A DNA stretch of 52,195 bases from an uncultured bacterium (GCA_937952315.1 CALFZX010000050.1:1-52195); one strand, 5' to 3'. Shown: positions 8,690 through 17,268, counted from the first letter of the stretch. The notes: generated by a model from the sequence alone, not told the origin. A program made the numbers and translations.

Positions 8690-8906
8690 AAATAGCTCCT
8701 TTTTTTAAGGCTTGTAGGAATTCCATATCGATTTCGACTATTTTTTCACCAATGCTATCTTTTTTATCCACATGTTTTTTTAGCTCTTCTTTTGAAAAAG
8801 AGCCTTTCGATCCGATGGAGATTTTGATATTTCTTGGTAGAACATCCAGTCTGGCTTTGACCAAATTTCTGATGTCCTCATTTTCTATGTAGCTAATTTT
8901 TGGCAT
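8682..8906 (-). CDS. Hypothetical 74-aa protein (middle gene of 3-gene operon)
   Basis: I recognise no motif. Its stop overlaps the downstream start by 8 nt, and only 8 nt separate it from the upstream gene. Confidence 0.5.
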   Translation of the reverse strand: MPKISYIENEDIRNLVKARLDVLPRNIKISIGSKGSFSKEELKKHVDKKDSIGEKIVEIDMEFLQALKKGAIYG

Positions 8907-8914
8907 AATAAAAA

Positions 8915-9097
8915 TTAAATAATTTTTAAATCACTTAATTTCTTAATAATTTTATTTCCAAGTTCAGTCTCGTTGTTTATTTCAATAAAAGCTACATTCC
9001 AAGTTATCGGACCGCATTCTTCAAGAACAAGAATTATTTCTTCGCGAAGGCTGATCGGCAAATTAGAGTAGACCTTTAAGAACTTCTCCTTTTTCAT
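8915..9097 (-). CDS. Hypothetical 60-aa protein, possibly a small winged-helix/HTH-like protein (first gene of 3-gene operon)
   Basis: The sequence is helical and amphipathic (LPISLREEIILVLEECGPITWNVAFIEI...LGNKIIKKLSDL). It sits 33 nt downstream of repeat copy B, which carries the promoter. Confidence 0.4.
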   Translation of the reverse strand: MKKEKFLKVYSNLPISLREEIILVLEECGPITWNVAFIEINNETELGNKIIKKLSDLKII

Positions 9098-9111
9098 ACT
9101 TTTATCTAATT

Positions 9112-9188
9112 CGTTTATTATCTAAAAGTCAATATTTTTACTCATAGAAAAACATAGCCGATTTTTTTGGATTGTGAAAAAAATTTAC
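9112..9188. repeat. Direct repeat copy B (core 9130-9188 plus 18-bp extension shared only with copy C)
   Basis: The core differs from copy A by one substitution and one A deletion in the A-run. The extension cgtttattatctaaaagt matches 10677-10694 with 1 mismatch. The copy encodes the relic mini-ORF ATGAGTAAAAATATTGACTTTTAG (MSKNIDF*). Confidence 0.9.
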
Positions 9189-9249
9189 GTAATTTGGGGA
9201 TTTGTTTTAAATTATTAGGCGTAATATAGAGAAGTCTATATCTTAGAAC

Positions 9250-10638
9250 TTATTGAAGTATCTTCCAGTAGCCGCCCTTGTCCGGGCCGACACGTTCAAT
9301 CAGACCATTGCCCTTTAATTTGACAATATTTCTTTTAATTGTCTTTTCGTTGACATTCAGTTTGTCGGCTATTTCGGGAATCGTTATTTTGTTGTTATTT
9401 CTAATCATTTTAATGATGAGAGAGCTTCTGTTTTCAGGGACATTTTCAGGGACATTTTCAGGGACATTTTCAGGGACATTGTGAATAATCACATCAAAAC
9501 CACTCGCTACTTCATTTATTTCCGGCTCGGGCAAGCCGTATTCTTTTATTTGGTCGATTGCTCTCTTGACTCCACTTCCGTACCTTTCGATTAAGCCGCA
9601 ATCACGAAAAATTTCAGCAATAGACTTATTTCTAGGAAAAGATTTTTTGTTACCTCTCTTTATGTCTTCCAATGTCAGTCCTTGAGGGATTTCTCCTACA
9701 TTCCAAAAGACAATTTTATTGGGGTAAATTTTAAATTGTGAATGAGTGCCGTTCCGATAGTCTCGATGAATAATTGCGTTAACAACAATTTCTCGCAGAG
9801 CTTCAATGGGGTACTGCCAACGCTCTTCCCTTCTTGGGTTACCGGTAAAAATATATTCCTTTAAAATATAGCTTTTGATAAAATCTAAAACTTCCTCAAC
9901 TTCCGTAACTAGGTCTTTTCTTATTATTTTATTTTTTTTAATGATAGTGTCGGTTTGGAAAAGTCCAACTTGAATGTCTGTTTGACGAAGAGGACTTTTT
10001 GAAAAGAGAAGTAGGCTGGCAAAAGTAGGATATTCTTTGTCGCTATCTTCGGTGATGAGAGAATATTTACGCAAAAAACTTAAATTATCACCTAATTTAG
10101 TTTCTAAATTTTCTTCAATCAAATTTTTTATTTTGAATATTTTTTCTTGATCAAGATCGTCCAAATTTGCTTCTTTGTCTGGATAGAAATCCCAACTGGA
10201 ATTTTTTGTTCTTAAATACATATCGGCGACTTCCTGCAAAGATAGAGTGTGGTTACTGTTGTTTTTTCTGATAAAATAGCGATTTTTAAAAGACACTGGT
10301 TTTAGGGGAAATTCGGTTACTTCTAAAACGATCAAATTTTTTTGGTCAATTGTTATTTTTTGAATATCGACATTGAGTCGGGGGTGTGTTTTATTCTTTA
10401 TTTCGTTAGCCCATTTTGAAAGGCTTTCTTTCCCGACGGTAATTCCTTTAATTAATTTTTGGTCGTTAACTCCCAAAATCACTTGCCCACCTTTTTGATT
10501 TGAGAAAGCAACCAAGGTTTCAATAACCGTATCGTTGAATTTTTCCTTAAATTCAATATTGTAGCCTTCCCCCCGATCTATGATTAATTGTAGATCTTTT
10601 TTATTGAGCATAAGAGTGCTTAAAATTATATTTTCCAC
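9250..10638 (-). CDS. AlbA_2 (Schlafen-like, 'AAA_4') + HATPase_c_4 + C-terminal winged-HTH protein; this type is often mis-annotated as RecG-like or as a transcriptional regulator
   Basis: 462 aa. The N-terminus GEGYNIEFKEKF...LVAFSNQKGGQVILGV is the AlbA_2 signature. The middle region ALREIVVNAIIHRDYRN...PRNKSIAEIFRDCGLIERYGSGV is HATPase_c_4. The C-terminus ITIPEIADKLNVNEKTIKRNIVKLKGNGLIERVG is a wHTH. It uses a GTG start. Confidence 0.7.
   Translation of the reverse strand: MENIILSTLMLNKKDLQLIIDRGEGYNIEFKEKFNDTVIETLVAFSNQKGGQVILGVNDQKLIKGITVGKESLSKWANEIKNKTHPRLNVDIQKITIDQKNLIVLEVTEFPLKPVSFKNRYFIRKNNSNHTLSLQEVADMYLRTKNSSWDFYPDKEANLDDLDQEKIFKIKNLIEENLETKLGDNLSFLRKYSLITEDSDKEYPTFASLLLFSKSPLRQTDIQVGLFQTDTIIKKNKIIRKDLVTEVEEVLDFIKSYILKEYIFTGNPRREERWQYPIEALREIVVNAIIHRDYRNGTHSQFKIYPNKIVFWNVGEIPQGLTLEDIKRGNKKSFPRNKSIAEIFRDCGLIERYGSGVKRAIDQIKEYGLPEPEINEVASGFDVIIHNVPENVPENVPENVPENRSSLIIKMIRNNNKITIPEIADKLNVNEKTIKRNIVKLKGNGLIERVGPDKGGYWKILQ
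9431..9478 (-). repeat. Perfect 12-bp tandem repeat x4 inside the AlbA_2 gene
   Basis: ttttcagggaca occurs 4 times and encodes (NVPE)x4 in the linker between HATPase_c_4 and the wHTH. Confidence 0.95.
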
Positions 10639-10676
10639 AGAGAGGAGAGTTTTTATTTTACTATTTTTATGAAAGC

Positions 10677-10753
10677 CGTTTATTACCTAAAAGTCAATAT
10701 TTTTACTCATAAAAAAAACATAGCCGATTTTTTTGGATTGTGAAAAAAATTTT
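10677..10753. repeat. Direct repeat copy C (extension + core)
   Basis: The core is identical to copy A through gtgaaaaaaattt. It carries the same MSKNIDF* relic as copy B and abuts the stop of the 169-aa membrane protein gene. Confidence 0.9.
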
Positions 10754-11261
10754 ATGATTTTTTATTGCTTAGAAAAAACCACATCAAGATCCCGATCGTC
10801 CAAAAGGGGATGACGCCGAGGACGGGCATAATCTCCAAAATAAAACTAAAAAAAATGATGCCGATCGAGAGCAATAAAGATCGGCCGAGCAGCGTCAGCA
10901 ATAAAAAGAACATAAAAAGCAGCGTGATATCCAGTGTCGGAGCGAGTAAATCGGCCTTTTGCCAAAAAACCAAATCCAGAAAATCATTGACCACCGAAAG
11001 AGAAAGACCGAGGATGAGAACAAAAAGTAAATTCTCTCGAGAATTGAAAAAAGAATTTTCGAGCGAGCGGTTTGATTTATTTGTCTTATCTCCCGATCCG
11101 TGAATGGTGGTTTTATGATCGACTGGAGCCTCTCTGCTCAACTCGGCCTGAATTTTTCGCCGGGATCTTTCAACGGCTAATCGTTGTTGAATGATTTCCG
11201 TTTCAACTTCTCCTCGGGCTTGAACAGAGTTTTGAGATTCGAACTGATTTTCTGAGGGCAT
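10752..11261 (-). CDS. Hypothetical membrane protein (charged N-terminus, ~3 TM helices)
   Basis: 169 aa with a hydrophobic C-terminal half. I recognise no family. Confidence 0.5.
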   Translation of the reverse strand: MPSENQFESQNSVQARGEVETEIIQQRLAVERSRRKIQAELSREAPVDHKTTIHGSGDKTNKSNRSLENSFFNSRENLLFVLILGLSLSVVNDFLDLVFWQKADLLAPTLDITLLFMFFLLLTLLGRSLLLSIGIIFFSFILEIMPVLGVIPFWTIGILMWFFLSNKKS

Positions 11262-11281
11262 AGAAGTCCAAAATTAAAAAT

Positions 11282-11309
11282 TTGACTCTTTTTATTTCTT
11301 CTCTACAAT
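11282..11309 (+). promoter_or_regulatory. Candidate sigma70 promoter of the pilus operon
   Basis: TTGACT (11282-11287), a 16-nt spacer, then TACAAT (11304-11309). It lies ~90 nt upstream of pilM. Confidence 0.4.
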
Positions 11310-11399
11310 CTAAAAGTAGTAGCAAAATTGTTTTCGTTCAAATTGACTGACTAACGAAAAAGAAAGATCGAAAAAATAAAAAATAAACTAATTAAAAAT

Positions 11400-12464
11400 A
11401 TGTGGGGACTTTTCGATAGTGGCAAAGACAGGACAATCGGAGTTGATATCGGAACTTCCGGCATCAAGATTGTCGAGTTGCAACACAATGTCAAAACGAA
11501 AGAAATTCGTTTGACGAACTATGTTATGGTTGGTTTCAGAGAGAGTTTGCCTCAGAAGGAAAGAGAGAAGCGAATCACCAAAGACGAGGTGGCCAAACTG
11601 CTAAAGGTAGCTGTCAAAGAAGGTAAAATTAAAGCGAAAAATTCGTCTTTTTCGGTGCCCGCCTTTTCCAGTTTTATTTCTTTTGTAACGATGCCTCGAG
11701 TCAAGAAGGAAGATATTCGCCAGGCGCTAACCGCGGAAGCTCAAAAGTTCATCCCTGTTTCTTTGGAAGAGGTGGTTTTGGGTTGGGAAGTGATTGACGA
11801 ACCGGAGCAGAAAGAAATTGCCAATATTCGCGATCAAAATAAAATGAAAGTTTTATTGCTGGCGGTGCCGAAAGATATCGTGGCAAAATATAAAGAAATA
11901 GCCGAGTTGAGCGGACTGCAAATGCAAAATTTGGAGGTGGAAGCTTTCCCTCTTTTGCGATCCCTGACTGTAAATTATCAGAAAACTTTTGTGATTTTGG
12001 ATATCGGCTCCCGAGTTTGTAATATTCTGGTGGTTTCCGGTGGTAGTTTACGGGGAGCAAGGAATATCGGTATCGGAGGGGATGATTTTACTGAGATTTT
12101 AGCAAGAAGTGTTAATGTCTCCTATGAAAGAGCGGAAGAGCTGAAAAAAAACGAAGGCTTGCTGAATAGACAAGTTGCGGAATTGCTAAAACCGGTCTTA
12201 AATAATATTGTTGATGAATTAAAAAGAGTGATTTCGGTCTATAAAAATAAAAATCCGAACAAGGAGATTGAAGAGCTGATTTTAAGCGGGGGAACGGCCG
12301 GAATGAAAGGTCTGGTCGAGATGTTCTACGGACAGTTGGGAATGCATACGGAAGTGGGTGATCCCTGGAAAAAATTAACAATAGATGAAAAAGTTAGACC
12401 GTTAGTGGCACAGAAGGGAGCTTCTTTCTCGATTGCGATTGGATTAGCTTTAAAAAAAGATTAA
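11400..12464 (+). CDS. pilM: Type IV pilus assembly protein PilM (actin-like ATPase fold)
   Basis: 354 aa. IGVDIGTSGIKIVEL is the phosphate-1 motif. DIGSRVCNILVV and LILSGGTAGMKGL are further actin-fold motifs. It is the first gene of the pilus operon. Confidence 0.8.
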   Translation: MWGLFDSGKDRTIGVDIGTSGIKIVELQHNVKTKEIRLTNYVMVGFRESLPQKEREKRITKDEVAKLLKVAVKEGKIKAKNSSFSVPAFSSFISFVTMPRVKKEDIRQALTAEAQKFIPVSLEEVVLGWEVIDEPEQKEIANIRDQNKMKVLLLAVPKDIVAKYKEIAELSGLQMQNLEVEAFPLLRSLTVNYQKTFVILDIGSRVCNILVVSGGSLRGARNIGIGGDDFTEILARSVNVSYERAEELKKNEGLLNRQVAELLKPVLNNIVDELKRVISVYKNKNPNKEIEELILSGGTAGMKGLVEMFYGQLGMHTEVGDPWKKLTIDEKVRPLVAQKGASFSIAIGLALKKD

Positions 12465-12480
12465 AAATTAAAAACCAAAA

Positions 12481-13143
12481 ATGGATTTTAGCCGTAAAGG
12501 CGTGGTCATCTCCCGGACTAATTTAATAGAAAATAGAAAAACGGTTTCCGTCCCCTGGAAGGGAATTTTTGTTGTTTTGATAGCCACTGTTAGTCTTTGG
12601 GCGGGTGGAAATTATTATTTGAGTTATTCTCAGCAAGAATTGGCAAGAGCGAAAAATGAGCTTTTGAATTTAAGACAGGGTCGAGATTATGAAAAAATGG
12701 CTTTAATTGCAGATAGCACAAGTCGACTAGTCTCTATAGATGCGGTTTTGAGTGAAAGATTTGATTGGAATAAGTTGTTTTTGGAATTGGAGAAAAATAC
12801 TACTAAAGAAGTCACTTTCAATTCGATGGACGCAATCTATGCAGAACAATCGTCTACCGATTTACTTTCGACGGAAGAGCAGTCCCCGAATAAAAAGTGT
12901 ACGGTAACTTTGGGGGGAGATACTATGGGTATTATTAATGTTTCAAAACAAGTTGCCGCTTTCAAGGACGAAAAGAGTCCGGAAAATTCTTTTGCTGAGA
13001 AAATCAGGCTTGATAGAGTGGATCTTAAGGAGACATCTTCTTCCGACGGTTCAATTGGCGCCGGTAATGTCGATTTTAATCTGACTTTGGAGATCAATCC
13101 AAAAATTTTTGAGGAAGAGAATAAAACCGATTATAAAAATTAA
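12481..13143 (+). CDS. pilN: PilN-like pilus assembly protein
   Basis: 220 aa with a single N-terminal TM helix followed by a coiled coil. The call rests on its position after pilM. Confidence 0.5.
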   Translation: MDFSRKGVVISRTNLIENRKTVSVPWKGIFVVLIATVSLWAGGNYYLSYSQQELARAKNELLNLRQGRDYEKMALIADSTSRLVSIDAVLSERFDWNKLFLELEKNTTKEVTFNSMDAIYAEQSSTDLLSTEEQSPNKKCTVTLGGDTMGIINVSKQVAAFKDEKSPENSFAEKIRLDRVDLKETSSSDGSIGAGNVDFNLTLEINPKIFEEENKTDYKN

Positions 13144-13163
13144 ATTTTTATTAAAAACAAAAA

Positions 13164-13781
13164 ATGTCCAGTTTGAAAATTATAATCTTTCCGCTTGTAG
13201 TTTTGGGTGCCGTTGTCTTTCTCTGGATATCAGTCAAACCTGTTTTTCTTGAAGCGGGAAAAAACATTGGTATAAATAAAAAATCGATAGAAAATCAAAT
13301 CAGAGAAGAGACTGAGCTGCAGAGAAGAACGGAGAAGCTATATGAAGAGCAAGATGCTTTAAAAGATCAAGCAAATCCTATTGTCAATGCTATCCCCGGC
13401 AATGAAGAGATAAAAAATCTTTTAGCGCAGATCGAATTTGTGGTGCAGAAAGAAGGAATGTCCTTAACTGGCGTTTCCACTTTCAATGTCGAAAAATCAA
13501 GTTTATCCTCCTCGGGGTCGGTTATCGCGATGAAAGACTACAACGAGGTAGAGGGGACGCTGGAAGTCAAGGGTAGCTATATCCAGTTTAAACAATTATT
13601 GGCGAGTCTGGAAAAATTGGATAGAGTGGTGAATATCACAAGCGTTTCAGTGAAGAATAGTTCAGATTACTCCGGAGCACTAGGTGGCCAATTTTCGATT
13701 AAATTTAAAGCATATCATCAACCACTGATTACGTCGGAAAAAATGAAGTCGGCTTTGGAGGCAAAAGATGTAGTGAATTAA
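13164..13781 (+). CDS. pilO: PilO-like pilus assembly protein
   Basis: 205 aa with an N-terminal TM helix, a coiled coil (REETELQRRTEKLYEEQDALKDQ) and an alpha/beta C-terminal domain. The call is positional. Confidence 0.5.
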   Translation: MSSLKIIIFPLVVLGAVVFLWISVKPVFLEAGKNIGINKKSIENQIREETELQRRTEKLYEEQDALKDQANPIVNAIPGNEEIKNLLAQIEFVVQKEGMSLTGVSTFNVEKSSLSSSGSVIAMKDYNEVEGTLEVKGSYIQFKQLLASLEKLDRVVNITSVSVKNSSDYSGALGGQFSIKFKAYHQPLITSEKMKSALEAKDVVN

Positions 13782-13813
13782 AAGAAAATTATCTTTTATA
13801 ATCTTAATTAAAA

Positions 13814-14107
13814 ATGAAAAAAATATTGATCGTGATTTTAGTTCTTGCAGTGATAGCTATTGCCCTGGGTGGTGCCGGATTTTTTTTCTGGTCGGATGTT
13901 AAGTTGATGTTGGGAATGCAGACCAAAATGGAAGAGAGCTATCTAGGAAAACCTTTTGTATTCAACTTTGAAGGTTCAACTATCACTATACCGGACAAGT
14001 TTCCCGAAGATGTTTTGGAAAGATTAAACCAAGAATTTATTGAAAGAGGAGGAATGCCTCTACGTTTAGAGGAAAAGGGGAATGGTTTGCCTTTCGGTAT
14101 GCCCTAA
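13814..14107 (+). CDS. Small single-pass membrane protein of the pilus operon
   Basis: 97 aa with an N-terminal TM helix. I recognise no family. Confidence 0.45.
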   Translation: MKKILIVILVLAVIAIALGGAGFFFWSDVKLMLGMQTKMEESYLGKPFVFNFEGSTITIPDKFPEDVLERLNQEFIERGGMPLRLEEKGNGLPFGMP

Positions 14108-14125
14108 AAAAATTAAAGAAAAATA

Positions 14126-15757
14126 ATGGATAGCCAAACTTCCAATATTCCGATTGAAGACAAGAAAGCCGAGCCTTTCGATTTTTCAAAAATAATTTCT
14201 CTAGAGGCGGCCAACCGCTATCAAATGGTGGCTTTGAGTAAGCACGGAAGTACTCTGAAAGTGGGGATGATTGATCCGGAGAATATAGAATCTCAAGACG
14301 CTTTGCGTTTTCTTCTTAATCGTCACGGTTTAAATGCGGAAGTCTATAAAATTTCACCGCCCGAGTTTGCCAAAGGTATCAAAAAATATGAGGAGGCGAA
14401 ACTTATAGTGGGTGAAGCTCTGGAAGATATTGAAGAAGAGGAAAAAAAAGAAGCGGAGAAAAAAAAAGTTTTAACTTCTGAGAAAAAAGTTGAGGATTTG
14501 GTAGAATCGGCACCGGTAGCTAAGATAGTTGATGTTTTGGTTGAAAATGCCATTGAGGGAGATGCAAGCGATATTCATATTGAACCGGAGGAAAAGCAAA
14601 TAAAAGTGCGTTTTCGAGTGGATGGAGTTCTTCATTCAAGTCTTTTTTTGCCAAAGCATGTCGGTCCTTCAATCGTTTCTCGAATCAAAATTCTTTCAAA
14701 TCTGAAAATCGATGAAAAAAGAAAACCGCAAGATGGTCGATTCAAAGTTGTTTATAAAGGAAGAAATATAGATCTCAGAGTTTCAACATTACCGGTAGCT
14801 GAAGGAGAAAAAGTGGTTATGAGAGTTTTGGACGAAAAGAGATCTCAGGTTGATTTGGAAGGCTTGGGGGCTTGGGGAAAGGGAAGGGCAATTTTGGAAG
14901 AAGAAATTCAGGAACCTTTCGGCTTGATTATTATCAGTGGTCCGACTGGGTCCGGAAAATCAACAACGCTGTATACCGTTCTCTCTATGATGGATCGAGA
15001 AGAAAAGAATGTTATAACGCTGGAAGATCCTGTTGAATACAGAATTGCCGGCATCAATCAAAGCCAAATTCATCCGGAGATTAATTTTACTTTTGCTTCC
15101 GGGTTGAGATCAATATTGAGACAAGACCCGGATGTTATTATGGTTGGGGAGATTAGAGATGAGGAAACGGCTGAATTGACAGTTCATGCGGCTTTAACCG
15201 GCCATTTAGTTCTTTCTACGCTTCATACCAATAATGCGGTCGGTGCAATTCCTCGTTTGGTTGATATGAAAGTGGAACCTTTTTTGCTATCTTCCAGTTT
15301 GAGATTAATTATCGGACAGAGACTGGTAAGAAAAATTTGTGATCATTGCAAAGAGGAAATAAAACCGAGTGAAAAAGTTGAGAAAATGATGAAAGAAGTT
15401 TTAGCTCGAATTCCTCAGGATCAGAAAGACGCTATGGAGGTTGATGAGAATAATTTAAAGATGTATCGAGGCAAGGGTTGCGAGTATTGTTCCAACACCG
15501 GTATGAAGGGAAGAGTTGGGGTTTTTGAAATTGTGAAAATTACTGATAAAATGAAAAAGATAATAGAAGCGGGAGAGCTTAAGGGTGATGTCCTGTGGGA
15601 AGAATTTTATCGCCAAGGGGCAATAACGATGCGGGAAGATGGAGTAATCAAAGTGATAAAGGGTCTAACAACGATGGAGGAAGTTGAAAGAGCGACGGCC
15701 GATACCACCAAAGATAAAACGATAGCACCAACGAAAGAGGAAGAACAGATTGTTTAG
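14126..15757 (+). CDS. pilB: Type IV pilus assembly (extension) ATPase PilB/GspE family
   Basis: 543 aa. It has an N-terminal T2SSE_N-like domain, Walker A GPTGSGKST, and a tetracysteine zinc motif CDHC...CEYC. Confidence 0.9.
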   Translation: MDSQTSNIPIEDKKAEPFDFSKIISLEAANRYQMVALSKHGSTLKVGMIDPENIESQDALRFLLNRHGLNAEVYKISPPEFAKGIKKYEEAKLIVGEALEDIEEEEKKEAEKKKVLTSEKKVEDLVESAPVAKIVDVLVENAIEGDASDIHIEPEEKQIKVRFRVDGVLHSSLFLPKHVGPSIVSRIKILSNLKIDEKRKPQDGRFKVVYKGRNIDLRVSTLPVAEGEKVVMRVLDEKRSQVDLEGLGAWGKGRAILEEEIQEPFGLIIISGPTGSGKSTTLYTVLSMMDREEKNVITLEDPVEYRIAGINQSQIHPEINFTFASGLRSILRQDPDVIMVGEIRDEETAELTVHAALTGHLVLSTLHTNNAVGAIPRLVDMKVEPFLLSSSLRLIIGQRLVRKICDHCKEEIKPSEKVEKMMKEVLARIPQDQKDAMEVDENNLKMYRGKGCEYCSNTGMKGRVGVFEIVKITDKMKKIIEAGELKGDVLWEEFYRQGAITMREDGVIKVIKGLTTMEEVERATADTTKDKTIAPTKEEEQIV

Positions 15758-15777
15758 TTTTTATTTAAATTAACAAA

Positions 15778-16161
15778 ATGAAGTCAAAAAACAAGAAAAT
15801 TCTGGTGATAGAAGATGATCCTTTTATTTCGGATGTATATGTTTTAAAATTGGAGAGTGAGGGCTATAAAGTTGATGCGGCGGAAAATGGTTCTGTCGGC
15901 TTGGAAAAAATAAAAAAAAATAAATATGATGCCATTTTGTTAGATATTGTGATGCCTGAGCTGGACGGTTTCAAAGTGTTGGAAAGAATAAAAATGATGC
16001 CGGAGTTTGGTAAGATTCCGATTATAATTTTGACTAACTTAAGTCAAAAAGAAGATATTCAAAAAGGCTTTGATTTGGGCGCGACTGATTATATAATAAA
16101 AACTAAATTTACTCCGACGGAAGTGATAAAAACAGTGAACAAATTTGTCGGTGGAAAATAA
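15778..16161 (+). CDS. Stand-alone response-regulator receiver domain (CheY/PilH-like)
   Basis: 127 aa. It has the EDD acidic pocket, the phospho-acceptor region in ILLDIVMPELDG, plus ILTNL and DYIIKT. Confidence 0.85.
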   Translation: MKSKNKKILVIEDDPFISDVYVLKLESEGYKVDAAENGSVGLEKIKKNKYDAILLDIVMPELDGFKVLERIKMMPEFGKIPIIILTNLSQKEDIQKGFDLGATDYIIKTKFTPTEVIKTVNKFVGGK

Positions 16162-16191
16162 ACTAACAATAAAAATAGCAAAACAAAAAAA

Positions 16192-17268
16192 ATGAGCAAT
16201 TTGATTCGTTCCGAGCAACAATTGAGGAAGTTGATGGAGATGGTGGTCCAACAAGGATCGTCCGACTTGCATCTCTCTGTCGGGAGATATCCAACTTTAA
16301 GAATAGACGGTGATTTAGTCCCTTTGACGAGTGAAGGTGTTTTGAATCAAGGAAACCTAATTGAATTTTGCGATGTTCTTATTAATGAAAATCAAAAATT
16401 AATTCTTGAAAAAGATTTGCAGATAGATTTCACTTATGAAATTGAAGGTAAAATGCGTTTTAGGGTGAATATTTTTCATGAAATGGGAAACTTGGCGGTT
16501 GCTCTTCGCCTCATCCCTTACAAAATTAGAACTTTAGAGGAGCTTGGTTTGCCTCAAATTTTACATTCCGTTATTCAAAAAACTCAGGGGCTGATTCTTC
16601 TAGTCGGACCGACCGGAGCGGGAAAGTCTACTTCTATGGCAGCTATGATCGATGAAATAAATCACACTCGAGCGGAACATATCATTACCATAGAAGACCC
16701 TATCGAATATATCTATCAACAGGACAGATCGATTATTAATCAAAGAGAGGTGTATAAGGATGTAAGATCTTTTCATGAAGGCCTGAGAGCGGCTTTTCGT
16801 GAAGATGTTGATGTCTTGATGGTCGGTGAAATGCGGGATTTGCAAACAATCGCAACGACTGTCACGGCGGCGGAAACCGGTCATCTGGTTTTGGCGACTC
16901 TGCACACCAACGATTCTTCTCAAACGATTGACCGTATAATTGATATTTTTCCGGCGGGGCAACAACAGCAGATTAGATCTCAGTTAGCCAATATTTTGGT
17001 TGCCGTTATCTCTCAGCGGTTAATCCCGAGAATCGGCGGTGGCAGAGTGCCGGCCATTGAGGTCTTGTTAAATAATGATGCGGTGGCCAATTTAATTAGA
17101 GAAGGCCAAATTCATCAGATTGTCAATGTGCTGGATACTTCATTGGAAGAGGGGATGATTTCGATAAATCGATCTTTGGCCGAGTTGGTAAAAGATGAGC
17201 AGATAAGTATTGAAAATGCGGAAGCCTATGCTTCAGATAAGCAAACACTTCATATTTTTTTAAGATAA
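16192..17268 (+). CDS. pilT: Twitching motility (retraction) ATPase PilT
   Basis: 358 aa. It has Walker A GPTGAGKST, LMVGEMRD and the TGHLVLATLHT His box. It lacks the long N-terminal domain seen in PilB. Confidence 0.9.
   Translation: MSNLIRSEQQLRKLMEMVVQQGSSDLHLSVGRYPTLRIDGDLVPLTSEGVLNQGNLIEFCDVLINENQKLILEKDLQIDFTYEIEGKMRFRVNIFHEMGNLAVALRLIPYKIRTLEELGLPQILHSVIQKTQGLILLVGPTGAGKSTSMAAMIDEINHTRAEHIITIEDPIEYIYQQDRSIINQREVYKDVRSFHEGLRAAFREDVDVLMVGEMRDLQTIATTVTAAETGHLVLATLHTNDSSQTIDRIIDIFPAGQQQQIRSQLANILVAVISQRLIPRIGGGRVPAIEVLLNNDAVANLIREGQIHQIVNVLDTSLEEGMISINRSLAELVKDEQISIENAEAYASDKQTLHIFLR

Noticed and set aside
7368-10753. Possible CRISPR array (three identical repeats) and the 12-bp x4 repeat at 9431-9478
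   Set aside because: The 58-77-bp repeats are separated by 1.5-1.7 kb of protein-coding DNA rather than 25-50-bp spacers. The 12-bp units are contiguous and in frame within a gene. There are no cas genes in the window.
10752-11261. Could the 169-aa membrane protein be the missing Wzm permease?
   Set aside because: It is too short. It has about 3 TM helices after a 70-aa charged N-terminus, whereas ABC-2 permeases are ~260 aa with 6 TM helices.
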